From Candidatus Poribacteria bacterium (GTDB lineage Bacteria > Poribacteria > WGA-4E > WGA-3G), in assembly GCA_965214095.1 (NCBI GenBank), contig OZ243938.1, positions 4,224,001 to 4,288,000 of the forward strand: DNA of 64,000 nt. Reading direction: 5' to 3'. Under the pieces are notes generated by a model that searched no databases, was not told the DNA's origin, and saw nothing but the letters and a program-made list of their open reading frames with translations. The position numbers were made by a program, and so were the translations under genes. The stretch's first letter is position 1, and the number at the start of each line of letters is the position of its first letter. Shown piece by piece: positions 29,245 to 39,452 of the stretch.

Positions 29245-31500
29245 ATGTCAAATGAAAATGTTCAAGTATTAGAAGGAACAACACTACTCACTCTTGAGGG
29301 TAACCTGTCGGCACAAATGGTTGAAGACCTTAACAACTATGTGACTCAGACTATTGAGACAAGTGCAGAAAACCGCCACGCTATGTGGAATCGGAACTAT
29401 AATTCTCACGATGCTTATGCAGAATCTGTTGAACCGAACAGACAACGATTCATAAAGCAGATTGGGTGCTATGATGACCGATTACCTATAGATGAACTTA
29501 CATTCATAGGAACAACAAAAGCAACAGCACACATTGGAAAAGGTGAGAACTTTACCATATCACGAGTTCGCTGGCAGGTGTTTGACGAAGTTGAAGGGGA
29601 AGGACTGCTCTTAGAACCCATGAAAAATGTTCCTGTCGTTGCACAGATAGTGGCTTTACCCGATGCGGATTGGACTCCTGAGATGATTACTGGTATTACA
29701 GCAGAACTACCATCCTCCGCACAGTTCGCAAGACATTTAGCACATGCAGGATGCCGTGTTGTAATTCCTGTTCTTATCAATCGTGAGGATACATACTCAG
29801 GAAACCCCAAAATCGGTACCAATACCAATCAGCCGCATCGTGAGTTCATCTACCGAATGGCATACCAAATGGGGCGACACATCATTGGCTATGAAGTTCA
29901 AAAAGTCTTATCTCTCGTTGACTGGATGTCATCGTTTAATGCCCCTATCGGAGTTATTGGATACGGAGAAGGTGGATTGGTCGCATTTCATAGTGCAGCT
30001 GTGGATACTCGGATAAAGTCAACGGTCGTCAGTGGATACTTTCAATCACGGCAAGATGTTTGGCGTGAGCCCATCTACAGAAATGTGTGGGGGTTGTTAC
30101 ACGAATTTGGTGATGCAGAGATTGCAAGTCTCATTGCACCGCGAAACCTAATCATAGAAACGAGTCGGGGACCAGAGGTGATGGGTCCACCCGCAGCACG
30201 AGATGGTCATAGGGGTGCAGCTCCAGGGCAACTTGTCTCTCCACCAAAGAAATCGGCTGAAAATGAATACAATCGTGCCTGCACAGTTTTTCAGGAACTT
30301 GATTGTGCTGATAATATAAATCTTATCAATCCAGATGATGATTCACCAGGTTCCGAAGAGACATTGACCACATTCTTGGCAAGCATCACCAAGGATGAAT
30401 TTCATATTGACAAACGCAGGACTCTTTCCGCGATCGTTGAAGAGTCCTTTGATCACGATGCACGTCAACAACGGCAATTTATCCAACTCGTTAATCTAAC
30501 ACAACGGTTTCTGCGAGAAGCCGAAACACGTCGTGGGACATTCTTCTGGAATAAAACAGATACATCCTCATTAGACAAGTGGGAAGAAACTTGTGTAGAA
30601 ATGAAGAACTATTTCTGGGATGAGGTCATTGGTAGATGTCCCCCACCTGATGTACCAGCGAATCCGAGAACGCGTCTAATTTATGATGAACCTAAATTCA
30701 AAGGTTATGAAGTTGTTTTAGATGTCTATAAAGATGTCTTTGCTTACGGGATTTTGCTACTGCCAAACGATCTTAAGCAGGATGAAAGACGACCAGTTGT
30801 CGTTTGCCAACACGGATTAGGAGGTAGAGCACAAGATACAGCCGACCCGAGCATCAATTCGGTTTATCATTCTTATGCCGCACAGTTAGCAGATCGGGGT
30901 TTCATTACCTACGCGCCACAAAATCCATATATTGGTGGTGATGCTTTTCGTGTAATACAACGCAAAGCAAATCCGATCAAATGGTCGCTTTTCTCGTTGA
31001 TCATTCGTCAACATGAACGTACACTTGACTGGTTAGCAGAACTGCCTTATGTTGATGAAGACCGAATCGGTTTTTATGGATTATCTTATGGTGGTAAGAC
31101 TGCCATGCGAGTACCAGCCGTCCTTGAAAGATATGCATGTTCTATTTGCTCTGCCGATTTCAACGAATGGATTGTGAAGAATGCTACTTTTGATTCACGG
31201 TATAGTTACATGTTCACGGGTGAGTATGAGATGCCAGAGTTCGATTTAGGTAACACATTCAACTATGCGGAGATGGCAGGACTCATTGCACCACGTCCGT
31301 TTATGGTGGAGCGAGGACATGATGATGGTGTGGCTCCCGATGAGTGGGTGGCGCATGAATTCGCAAGAGTACGTAGACTCTATGTGCGTCTCGGTATTGC
31401 GGATAAGACTGAAATTGAGTTTTTTGATGGTGGACATCAGATTAATTCCGACAAGACATTCCAATTTTTGCATAGACATCTTAATTTTCCACAACCATAG
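29245..31500 (+). CDS. Tandem alpha/beta-hydrolase (dienelactone hydrolase-like) protein
   Basis: Two hydrolase-like halves: GYGEGG (degenerate elbow) and CQHG..GLSYGG..D..GGH. Confidence 0.72.
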   Translation: MSNENVQVLEGTTLLTLEGNLSAQMVEDLNNYVTQTIETSAENRHAMWNRNYNSHDAYAESVEPNRQRFIKQIGCYDDRLPIDELTFIGTTKATAHIGKGENFTISRVRWQVFDEVEGEGLLLEPMKNVPVVAQIVALPDADWTPEMITGITAELPSSAQFARHLAHAGCRVVIPVLINREDTYSGNPKIGTNTNQPHREFIYRMAYQMGRHIIGYEVQKVLSLVDWMSSFNAPIGVIGYGEGGLVAFHSAAVDTRIKSTVVSGYFQSRQDVWREPIYRNVWGLLHEFGDAEIASLIAPRNLIIETSRGPEVMGPPAARDGHRGAAPGQLVSPPKKSAENEYNRACTVFQELDCADNINLINPDDDSPGSEETLTTFLASITKDEFHIDKRRTLSAIVEESFDHDARQQRQFIQLVNLTQRFLREAETRRGTFFWNKTDTSSLDKWEETCVEMKNYFWDEVIGRCPPPDVPANPRTRLIYDEPKFKGYEVVLDVYKDVFAYGILLLPNDLKQDERRPVVVCQHGLGGRAQDTADPSINSVYHSYAAQLADRGFITYAPQNPYIGGDAFRVIQRKANPIKWSLFSLIIRQHERTLDWLAELPYVDEDRIGFYGLSYGGKTAMRVPAVLERYACSICSADFNEWIVKNATFDSRYSYMFTGEYEMPEFDLGNTFNYAEMAGLIAPRPFMVERGHDDGVAPDEWVAHEFARVRRLYVRLGIADKTEIEFFDGGHQINSDKTFQFLHRHLNFPQP

Positions 31501-31510
31501 AAAGAGTTAG

Positions 31511-32560
31511 ATGATATATTCTATTTTCGTAACTGCGGGGTTGGAAAACCTTGCCAGACAAGAGATCACCGCACGTTACGGTGATACTAAACAATTCAAA
31601 ATTATCCTGCGGAAACCGCAACGTATTGTATTTCAATACACGGGAAATCCGAAAGATTTACTGTCTCTTAGGACAGCTGAGTGTCTATTTCTCGTCATTA
31701 AACACATTCCCAAGATGACCCGTTCGCGCCGTTCACTTACTGCTATCCGTAGTTTTCTCAACAGAAACAACTTTACTCATGCAATAAATGTCTGTCGTCA
31801 GGTTGGAATTCGTGTTCGGAAACGGATTTCATTTCGTGTCATTAGTCGCATGTCGGGATTACGAAATTTTCAAAAAAAGGATCTTCAGCAGATTGTAGAG
31901 AGATCGTTGGTTGATAAAGGCTGGTATCTGTCTCATTCGGACTCAGGATTAGATGTTTGGACTGAGGTGCATGGGGATGATGCGTATATCAGCATTCGCC
32001 TATCAAAACCCGATATGTCACAACGGTCCTACAAACAAGAACAGGTTCCACAAACGTTAAAACCGACCATTGCCTATAGCATGGTGATGTTATCAAGACC
32101 GAATCAGGATGACATATTTTTAGATCCGATGTGTGGTGCAGGTACTATTTTGTTGGAACGAGCTGCTTCAGCACGGTATCGTTATCTCATCGGTGGTGAC
32201 ATATCTGAAGAAGCGATATACGCTACACAAAGGAACTTTGGCAGAAAGCATCAACCACGGCAGTTCATTCATTGGGATTCAGAAGTACTGCCGATACAAC
32301 CAAATTCTGTTGACAAAATCGTATGCAATTTACCGATTGATAACATCTACAACAGAAATGACACTATGCAGGATCAATACAGACATTTTCTTATACAATT
32401 TGAAGCAGTGATAAAACCAGGTGGAAAAATGGTGTTGCTGTCTATGAATCCTTCACTACTGAATAAGGTGTTCAAGCAACATAATACGTTGTATGCGCCG
32501 CAACAGGTGGGTGTTCAATATGGAGGGAAACGTGGCAGGATATTTGTGGTACACTGTTGA
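31511..32560 (+). CDS. THUMP-domain SAM-dependent RNA methyltransferase
   Basis: GLE N-terminus, LDPMCGAGTILLE, GGD, NLP. Confidence 0.82.
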   Translation: MIYSIFVTAGLENLARQEITARYGDTKQFKIILRKPQRIVFQYTGNPKDLLSLRTAECLFLVIKHIPKMTRSRRSLTAIRSFLNRNNFTHAINVCRQVGIRVRKRISFRVISRMSGLRNFQKKDLQQIVERSLVDKGWYLSHSDSGLDVWTEVHGDDAYISIRLSKPDMSQRSYKQEQVPQTLKPTIAYSMVMLSRPNQDDIFLDPMCGAGTILLERAASARYRYLIGGDISEEAIYATQRNFGRKHQPRQFIHWDSEVLPIQPNSVDKIVCNLPIDNIYNRNDTMQDQYRHFLIQFEAVIKPGGKMVLLSMNPSLLNKVFKQHNTLYAPQQVGVQYGGKRGRIFVVHC

Positions 32561-32575
32561 AATATGGCGAGGCAT

Positions 32576-32688
32576 AGGAAGATAAATAAAAAATTCGATA
32601 GTATTCGGTGAAATCTGGTGCGGTTAGGAAACCGCACCTACCAGGTTTGTGATATTGAGAATTACTGAAAGAATAAACCTATCTTCAT
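32576..32688. mobile_element. MITE-like insert with a central REP hairpin (relative of 5807-5921)
   Basis: Ends AGGAAGAT/ATCTTCAT; internal GGTGCGGTT-AGGA-AACCGCACC-TAC; flanked by GGCGAGG (32566-32572) and CCTCGCC (32693-32699). Confidence 0.6.
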
Positions 32689-32717
32689 AATACCTCGCCG
32701 ATAGAATATACATTTGT

Positions 32718-33803
32718 TTAGAATTCAGGAACCTTAACCGCTACCTCCTTACCTGATGCGTGTGATCGGAAGATACCATCCATAATCACATTTGTCAGGA
32801 GTACTCCCTCAGGTGAAATCGGGGATGGTGCATCTGCTTTGACCGCTTCTCGGAATGCGGACATCTGTGCAGCCCAGTTATCTTCTGGCGGGAATCCTGA
32901 GAAACTAATAGTCGTCATCCCTTCGGGTGGGTCCGGTTCTGCTGTTAATCCCTCTGATTCAACAAACTTCTTGAGATCCCCTGAATATGCATCAGCGAAT
33001 ACAACGGGTCCATCCAAGGAAATCCCTGCTTTTGTACCAAGATGGAAGTTGCCACCGAGTGAGTTTGCGTGAACTGCCCAAGAGATTTTAAACACCATCA
33101 CGCCGCCATTCTCAAATCGGATCCATGCTGCGCCGAACTCCTCTACATCCATCTTGTCTTTGAATCGATCATCTTGCATAGAGATGTAATCTTCAGTGAT
33201 AGCAGAGACACGTACCGGTTTCGGATACCCCATCGCAAACAGTGATCTGTGCATATTGTAGACACCGATATCAACGATTGCCCCAGCACCTGCGGTCTTT
33301 TTATAGATGAAAGTATGTCCTGGATTACCACGTCTTCTACATCCAGCGGATTCAGAGTAATAGATATCACCGAGTAATCCTTCATCGTACAGTTTCCTTG
33401 AGAATTGGAGTCTCGGACTAAATGTGGGATTGAGACCGATTTGCAGGATTTTGCCTGATTCCTTTGCTGCGCGTACCATTGCAGTTGCATCTGCAAGCGT
33501 CGCTGCCATCGGTTTTTCACAGAGGACGTGTTTACCTGCTTTCAATGCTGCAACAGTGGGTCGTCTATGACCTTGGTTGTAAGTTGTAACACTCACAGCA
33601 TCCAGTTCGTCCATCTCAAGCATCTTGTTGTAACTTGAAAAAGCGTTTTTTTTGGGAACACCCCACTCTTCTGCGGCTTGGTTTGCCTTACTTTTGATGA
33701 TATCACACACGGCGATAATCTCAAAACCACCTACTTTTTCATAGGTGCCACGGTGTGCACGTGAGATTCCACCTGTACCAATAATTCCAACTTTGACAGC
33801 CAT
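32718..33803 (-). CDS. Gfo/Idh/MocA family oxidoreductase
   Basis: GIIGTGGIS, GKHVLCEKP, DIGVY. Confidence 0.9.
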   Translation of the reverse strand: MAVKVGIIGTGGISRAHRGTYEKVGGFEIIAVCDIIKSKANQAAEEWGVPKKNAFSSYNKMLEMDELDAVSVTTYNQGHRRPTVAALKAGKHVLCEKPMAATLADATAMVRAAKESGKILQIGLNPTFSPRLQFSRKLYDEGLLGDIYYSESAGCRRRGNPGHTFIYKKTAGAGAIVDIGVYNMHRSLFAMGYPKPVRVSAITEDYISMQDDRFKDKMDVEEFGAAWIRFENGGVMVFKISWAVHANSLGGNFHLGTKAGISLDGPVVFADAYSGDLKKFVESEGLTAEPDPPEGMTTISFSGFPPEDNWAAQMSAFREAVKADAPSPISPEGVLLTNVIMDGIFRSHASGKEVAVKVPEF

Positions 33804-33926
33804 AAAGTCATCTCCTTTTGAGATAAGCAATTATTTTGATGTGTTAGTTTAGATGATTTTCGTTTGAAATGCAAGCAAAAATTGATTGTATATTTGCGGA
33901 ATTGGATTTGCGCGGCTGTCTTGGAT

Positions 33927-35372
33927 TTATGACAATTTCCGTTGGCGAATTTCACCCCAAGGACCGGTAATTGCAATAGTCACTCCAGGATTCTGGATAT
34001 TGACAAAGAGTGTAGATCCATCAGGTGAGAACGTTGAACCTGCAAACTCAGAGGTGTTTGACGCATTTCTTGCAAATTGGTAGGTGTTCCCTTCAGGTGT
34101 AACACCTACGATGTATTGGTCTTTTGAACCATCTTCACAGATAATTAGGTCACCCCAAGGTGCTACAGTTAGGTTATCGGCGTTTTCCATTAGTGTACTA
34201 TCATTCGGTTCAATGAAGAGTTCAATAGTTCCAGGTTCTTTTTCTTCCCTGTTGGTGCCTTCATAAGGACTTGGTGTATATCTCCAAATTTGCCCTTTTT
34301 GTTCAAATCCACCGTTCGTGCAGGCAATATAAAAATCACTTCCACTGAACCAAATACCTTCACCGCGTGCAAACATTGCAGCATATTTGCCTTCAACACC
34401 TTGTTTACGAAGATCATCTTCAGGCGATTCCACGTTCTCAATATCTACCCAGGTAACAGATAATTTCTCTAATTTAGGAATTGGTTGATATGTCCAAGGT
34501 GCGAATTTATGCTTACGGGTTTTCCAGTTACGAGTATCTGCAGACTTCAGGTCTTTGAGTACCAGTGCTTGTAGTTTTCCACCTTTAGCAAGTTGTCCTG
34601 GTTCATCTGGCAAAAACCGATAAAGTAAACCATCATTTCTATCTTCTGTTTGATAGACGATGCCAGTACGATTATCTACAGCGATTGCTTCATGATAAAA
34701 ACGACCCATCGCTTTCAAAGGGATAGCTTCCACCAAACCGGGTGAGGTCGTAACCGGCACCTCAAAATTGTATCCGTGATCCTGTTCATAAGTAAACTCA
34801 GCTTTTTGCACATTTTCTTCACAAGTAATCCAAGTATTCCAAGGAGTTATGCCACCTGCACAATTTCGGATAGTGCCAACCAAACTCAAAAAATGTGTCT
34901 CAAGCGTCATCGTCTTAGTATCATAGACAAGTGTAGTGGTCGAACCAAGTGAGGGTGCTTTCTTATGTCCTAAATCGTAGAATTTATCTGTGTCCACAAG
35001 ATTGATTTTTTCGTTATTCCAACCAAACGGTCCAACTATCTTATCGTTAACGACCAACTCGTGATTACGAATGAGTATTGTTTTCCCATTAGGTCCAGGA
35101 AATGCTGCCATACCGTCATGCTTTCCAGGTACCCACAACCCATCATCCATCTTCTCACCTGTCCGAGAAAATGCGTGTGCAACGAATCCCTCTGGTAAAT
35201 CGATGAGTTGGTTGCGTGTGGGTTTGAATCTATATGGAGGGTCAGGTTTTAATCCGGGTATATGTTTTTTCAGTTTGCTACTCACGCCAGAAAAACCGAA
35301 ACCTACAGCTGCCGATGCAGCAGCTACTGCTCCATAACTTAGAAACTGACGGCGGGATATGTTAAATTTCAC
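33927..35372 (-). CDS. PhoX-like (DUF839) alkaline phosphatase, Tat-exported
   Basis: SRRQFL Tat motif; HDGM, RNHE, NCAGG, TCEE, GRFYHE, DN, ED, EFAG, NIQ. Confidence 0.85.
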   Translation of the reverse strand: MKFNISRRQFLSYGAVAAASAAVGFGFSGVSSKLKKHIPGLKPDPPYRFKPTRNQLIDLPEGFVAHAFSRTGEKMDDGLWVPGKHDGMAAFPGPNGKTILIRNHELVVNDKIVGPFGWNNEKINLVDTDKFYDLGHKKAPSLGSTTTLVYDTKTMTLETHFLSLVGTIRNCAGGITPWNTWITCEENVQKAEFTYEQDHGYNFEVPVTTSPGLVEAIPLKAMGRFYHEAIAVDNRTGIVYQTEDRNDGLLYRFLPDEPGQLAKGGKLQALVLKDLKSADTRNWKTRKHKFAPWTYQPIPKLEKLSVTWVDIENVESPEDDLRKQGVEGKYAAMFARGEGIWFSGSDFYIACTNGGFEQKGQIWRYTPSPYEGTNREEKEPGTIELFIEPNDSTLMENADNLTVAPWGDLIICEDGSKDQYIVGVTPEGNTYQFARNASNTSEFAGSTFSPDGSTLFVNIQNPGVTIAITGPWGEIRQRKLS

Positions 35373-35530
35373 GAATACTCTTTTCCTGCTCTAAATTTAC
35401 AAAGAACAAAAATTCTGCACCTAAAATGAATCATCGTTGCCTTAAGGATATTCTTAAAATGTTGCATTTCTATTGAGAATTCTCTAAGTTTTGTTGACAA
35501 GTCATTATTCATACAACCCTTGCATTTGTT

Positions 35531-35560
35531 TTGACATAATATACCATTTTGTGTTAAAAT
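35531..35560 (+). promoter_or_regulatory. Sigma70-like promoter upstream of leuS
   Basis: TTGACA-18-TAAAAT. Confidence 0.5.
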
Positions 35561-35679
35561 TCTACAACGAATTAAGTATAACATAGATTTCAGATTAATC
35601 TACATAATTAATGCAGGACGATGCTGATTGCAAAAATTAACCTTATTCGGTATGATAAAATGTTAGGAGAACAAATATA

Positions 35680-38235
35680 ATGGAGAACCACAGTTATGCC
35701 CCTGGAGAGATAGAACCGTATTGGCAAGCTAAGTGGCGGGAAGAAGAAGCATTCAAAATTTCAAATGATATTGACACTTTAAAAAAGAAGCCCAAATTTT
35801 ATGTGCTTGGTATGTTTCCATACACTTCAGGAGCAGGACTACACATAGGACACGCTAAAAACTACGTTCCCACCGATGTACTTGCAAATTATAAAAGAAT
35901 GCAAGGATACAACGTAATGCACCCAATGGGTTGGGACGCATTTGGACTTCCCACCGAAAGAACTGCTGTTCGCGAGAATGAACATCCTGCCCATATTACA
36001 AAACGAAATACAGAGACTTTTCAACAACAAATTCAACGTATCGGTCTTTCCTACGATTGGTCTCGGAAAATTGACACATCACTCCCAGAATATTACAGAT
36101 GGACTCAATGGATTTTTCTACGTTTATACGAACAAGACTTAGCATATCTGGATGAAGTTCCTGTAAACTGGTGTCCGGCATTAGGGACCGTTTTGTCAAA
36201 TGAAGAGGTGAAAGATGGCAAATATGTCGAAACAGGTGACCCCGTTGAACGCCGCCTGATGCATCAATGGATGCTCAAAATTACTGCTTATGCAGAACGT
36301 CTATTAGATGACTTGGATTTACTAGATTGGCCTGAGGGTCTGAAAGAGATGCAAAGAAATTGGATCGGTAAATCTGAAGGAGCTGAAATCACTTTTGGTA
36401 TAGAAGATAGCGAGCTCAACTTTACCGTCTTTACAACACGTCCAGATACACTCTTCGGTGCAACCTATTGCGTGCTTGCCCCAGAACATCCACTTGTCTC
36501 ACAAATTACAAAACCAGAATTAGTTTCTGATGTTTTTAAATATGTGAAGAAGGCAAGTAATAAATCCGATCTGCAACGCACAGACCTTGCCACAGAAAAG
36601 ACTGGTGTTTTCACAGGTGCCTATGCTATCAATCCGTGTAACAACAAACCTGTACCGATCTGGGTAGCAGATTATGTGTTGATGACCTATGGAACAGGGG
36701 CAATCATGGCTGTACCAGGACACGATGAAAGAGACCATGAATTTGCTAAAACCTTTGACATACCTATCGTTGAAGTAATCAGTGGTGGAGAAGAACCAAT
36801 CGAACTGGAAGCTTACGAAGGAGATGGAGTCTGTGTTAACTCAGATTTTCTCAATGGATTGAGAGTTGATGATGCAAAAGAAAAGATGATTGCATGGCTT
36901 GAGACAGAGAGAAAAGGCACACATCAGGTGCAGTATCGTCTTCGAGATTGGTTATTTTCACGCCAACGGTATTGGGGAGAACCCTTCCCACTTGCACATC
37001 TTGATGATGGCACTATTGTTCAATTGCCAGATGACCAACTTCCTATAGAACTTCCACCGATTGATGCTTACAAACCTACTGAAGACGGCAAACCCCCTCT
37101 TGCGCGTGCAGATGAGAGTTGGTTAAAGGTAACTCTACCTGATGGAAGAATTGCCACGCGAGAAACGAATATTATGCCACAGTGGGCAGGTTCATGTTGG
37201 TATTACCTGCGATTCTTGGATGCACACAATACAGATGCCCCCTTTGATCCTGAACTTGAACATTATTGGATGCCAGTAGACCAATATATGGGTGGTGCGG
37301 AACACGCAGTGTTACATCTACTTTATGCAAGATTTTGGCATAAGGTGCTATACGATTGTGGTTTAGTTTCTACTATAGAACCTTTTCAACGACTCCTCAA
37401 CCAAGGAACTATTTTGGCTGAATCTTTCCAAGATGATGCGGGAAAATACTTCTATCCACATGAAGTTGAGAGAAATCAGGATAATGCATCAGTAAAGTCA
37501 TCTGGAAAAGCACTTCACGTACAGATGGAAAAGATGTCTAAATCCCGATTCAATGTTATCAATACGAATGATGTCATAGATAAATATGGTTCGGATGCCC
37601 TTCGTCTTTATCTGTTATTTATCGGTCCGGTTACAAAAAGTGCACCGTGGCAAGATGCTGGTGTAGAAGGTGTCTATACATTTCTGCAACGTGTCTGGCG
37701 ATTAGTTGTTGATCAAGAGACCAATGAACTTAACGAGAAGTTGACTGATGCATCGGGAACAACGGAATCTGAACTTTGGCGTGCACTTCATGAAACAATC
37801 AAACAGGTAACGGAAGATACGGAGTCAATTGACAAAATGAATACCGCAGTTAGCCAAATGATGATCTTTGTCAATACAGCAACGCAGACAGAGTCGTTAC
37901 CAATTGAAACTGTAAAGATATTTCTGCATGTGCTTTCACCGTATGCTCCGCACATCGCTCAAGAGTTGTGGCACCGTCTCGGTGAATCTGGATTTATCGC
38001 ACATGAGTCATGGCCTCAATATGATGAGAAGGTGCTGGAAACTGCTACTGTAACTATCGTAGTCCAGATTAACGGAAAACTCCGAAACCGTCTCCAACTC
38101 CCTGCTGAATCTACTGAGAAAGAGATTGAGGCAGCTGCACTTGCAGACGAAAAAGTCCAAAAATACATTGATGGTAAAACCGTTCGAAAAGTGATTGTCG
38201 TTCCTAAGCGAGGATTAATCAACATTGTTGTTTAG
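35680..38235 (+). CDS. leuS: Leucine--tRNA ligase
   Basis: MFPYTSGAGLHIGH, FTTRPDT, SRQRYWGEP, KMSKS. Confidence 0.97.
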   Translation: MENHSYAPGEIEPYWQAKWREEEAFKISNDIDTLKKKPKFYVLGMFPYTSGAGLHIGHAKNYVPTDVLANYKRMQGYNVMHPMGWDAFGLPTERTAVRENEHPAHITKRNTETFQQQIQRIGLSYDWSRKIDTSLPEYYRWTQWIFLRLYEQDLAYLDEVPVNWCPALGTVLSNEEVKDGKYVETGDPVERRLMHQWMLKITAYAERLLDDLDLLDWPEGLKEMQRNWIGKSEGAEITFGIEDSELNFTVFTTRPDTLFGATYCVLAPEHPLVSQITKPELVSDVFKYVKKASNKSDLQRTDLATEKTGVFTGAYAINPCNNKPVPIWVADYVLMTYGTGAIMAVPGHDERDHEFAKTFDIPIVEVISGGEEPIELEAYEGDGVCVNSDFLNGLRVDDAKEKMIAWLETERKGTHQVQYRLRDWLFSRQRYWGEPFPLAHLDDGTIVQLPDDQLPIELPPIDAYKPTEDGKPPLARADESWLKVTLPDGRIATRETNIMPQWAGSCWYYLRFLDAHNTDAPFDPELEHYWMPVDQYMGGAEHAVLHLLYARFWHKVLYDCGLVSTIEPFQRLLNQGTILAESFQDDAGKYFYPHEVERNQDNASVKSSGKALHVQMEKMSKSRFNVINTNDVIDKYGSDALRLYLLFIGPVTKSAPWQDAGVEGVYTFLQRVWRLVVDQETNELNEKLTDASGTTESELWRALHETIKQVTEDTESIDKMNTAVSQMMIFVNTATQTESLPIETVKIFLHVLSPYAPHIAQELWHRLGESGFIAHESWPQYDEKVLETATVTIVVQINGKLRNRLQLPAESTEKEIEAAALADEKVQKYIDGKTVRKVIVVPKRGLINIVV

Positions 38236-38250
38236 TGATTAAGGTAAGTT

Positions 38251-39276
38251 ATGCATCTATTATGTAAATTGTGTTTTCTTATCATATTCATGATGACAGG
38301 TGTTGTTGAATATATTGAGGCTAATGGAGGCAAATTGGTCTTTGCCATTAAAGAACCGTTACAAAATGAGGATGGGTTCCGTGCAACAACAAATACATTG
38401 AAGAAAGGACAGGATAAATCCAATTGGTGGGAATTCCATCACTATAATATAGGTATTATGAATCCTGATGGCACGGAGTTCAAACGTCTAACGAATGATG
38501 GGTTATCACGCAAACCAAGATTGTCACCTGATGGCGAGTTAATTGCATACATATCTGGTGTAAATAGTGAGAAATCTTTGTATATGATGTGGACTGAGGG
38601 TTCTGAAAAGACGGAAAAGTTGAAGAAAATGTATAACATTCACGATTTCTGGTGGTCTCCTTCCGGTCATGCGGTACTCGTTGTCGTAGAGTTTGACCGT
38701 CCCAAAGATAGACTTGAGAACTGGGTCATTCCTGTGAATGGAAAAGTAAGCAAATGGCGTACAAGGTATTGGGCAAAAGGATGGTTACATTGGGATGCAA
38801 AAGGTGAAAAGGTTAAAGAACCGAATAGAAGAATACTGGAAGTATTACCGGAGGGAATACAATGGCCCAAGTGGTCACCAGATAAAGAATGGATAGCATT
38901 TAGGACCGAAGGAGTTCTGGCACTTGCAGAACCGGATGTCGTTAGTATGGGAAGAACATGGTTCTTGCAGCTAAACGAACCACCTTGTACATACATTGAG
39001 GAGTGGTCACCAGATGGTAAACAAATTCTGTTTTATACATCTGGAGAGATTTGCATTGCGAAAGTTGAAAACGGTAGATTTAAGAGCTATAGAAATCTCA
39101 GTCTTTACAGAGGACGGTCTGCCACATGGAGTCCAGATAGTCGTCAGGTTGCTTTTATTGGTGCAGATAAGAATGGTAGACGGACAAGTGAAATCTTCGT
39201 TATAGATGTTGAAACTGGAAGTATGCAACAGATTACCTCAACGACTCACGAATTTTTTGATCTACATTGGCAATAA
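38251..39276 (+). CDS. TolB/PD40-like beta-propeller protein, probably exported
   Basis: Repeated (W/L)SPDG motifs; hydrophobic N-terminus. Confidence 0.7.
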   Translation: MHLLCKLCFLIIFMMTGVVEYIEANGGKLVFAIKEPLQNEDGFRATTNTLKKGQDKSNWWEFHHYNIGIMNPDGTEFKRLTNDGLSRKPRLSPDGELIAYISGVNSEKSLYMMWTEGSEKTEKLKKMYNIHDFWWSPSGHAVLVVVEFDRPKDRLENWVIPVNGKVSKWRTRYWAKGWLHWDAKGEKVKEPNRRILEVLPEGIQWPKWSPDKEWIAFRTEGVLALAEPDVVSMGRTWFLQLNEPPCTYIEEWSPDGKQILFYTSGEICIAKVENGRFKSYRNLSLYRGRSATWSPDSRQVAFIGADKNGRRTSEIFVIDVETGSMQQITSTTHEFFDLHWQ

Positions 39277-39291
39277 TGCATTCCAAGTATT

Positions 39292-39428
39292 TATGGTAAA
39301 ACTTACAATTAATGAAACATATTGTCCCAATTGCTTATTCATATAATGTAAGAGGCGCAATGAATTGCGCGACTACAAACGCGTTTTTCTAAATGCAAAG
39401 TGTATAGTTAATTGCAAATTTCACTATA
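39292..39428. mobile_element. ~137-bp TIR-bounded element with a central REP hairpin
   Basis: TATGGTAAAACTTACAATTA / TAATTGCAAATTTCACTATA (16/20 inverted match); internal GCGCAAT-GA-ATTGCGC-GACTAC. Confidence 0.5.
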
Positions 39429-39452
39429 GTTTTGACAGTTAAATAAACTTTT

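Noticed and set aside
35373-35679. T-box or attenuator upstream of leuS
   Set aside because: No T-box consensus or terminator hairpin visible; the region is AT-rich promoter DNA
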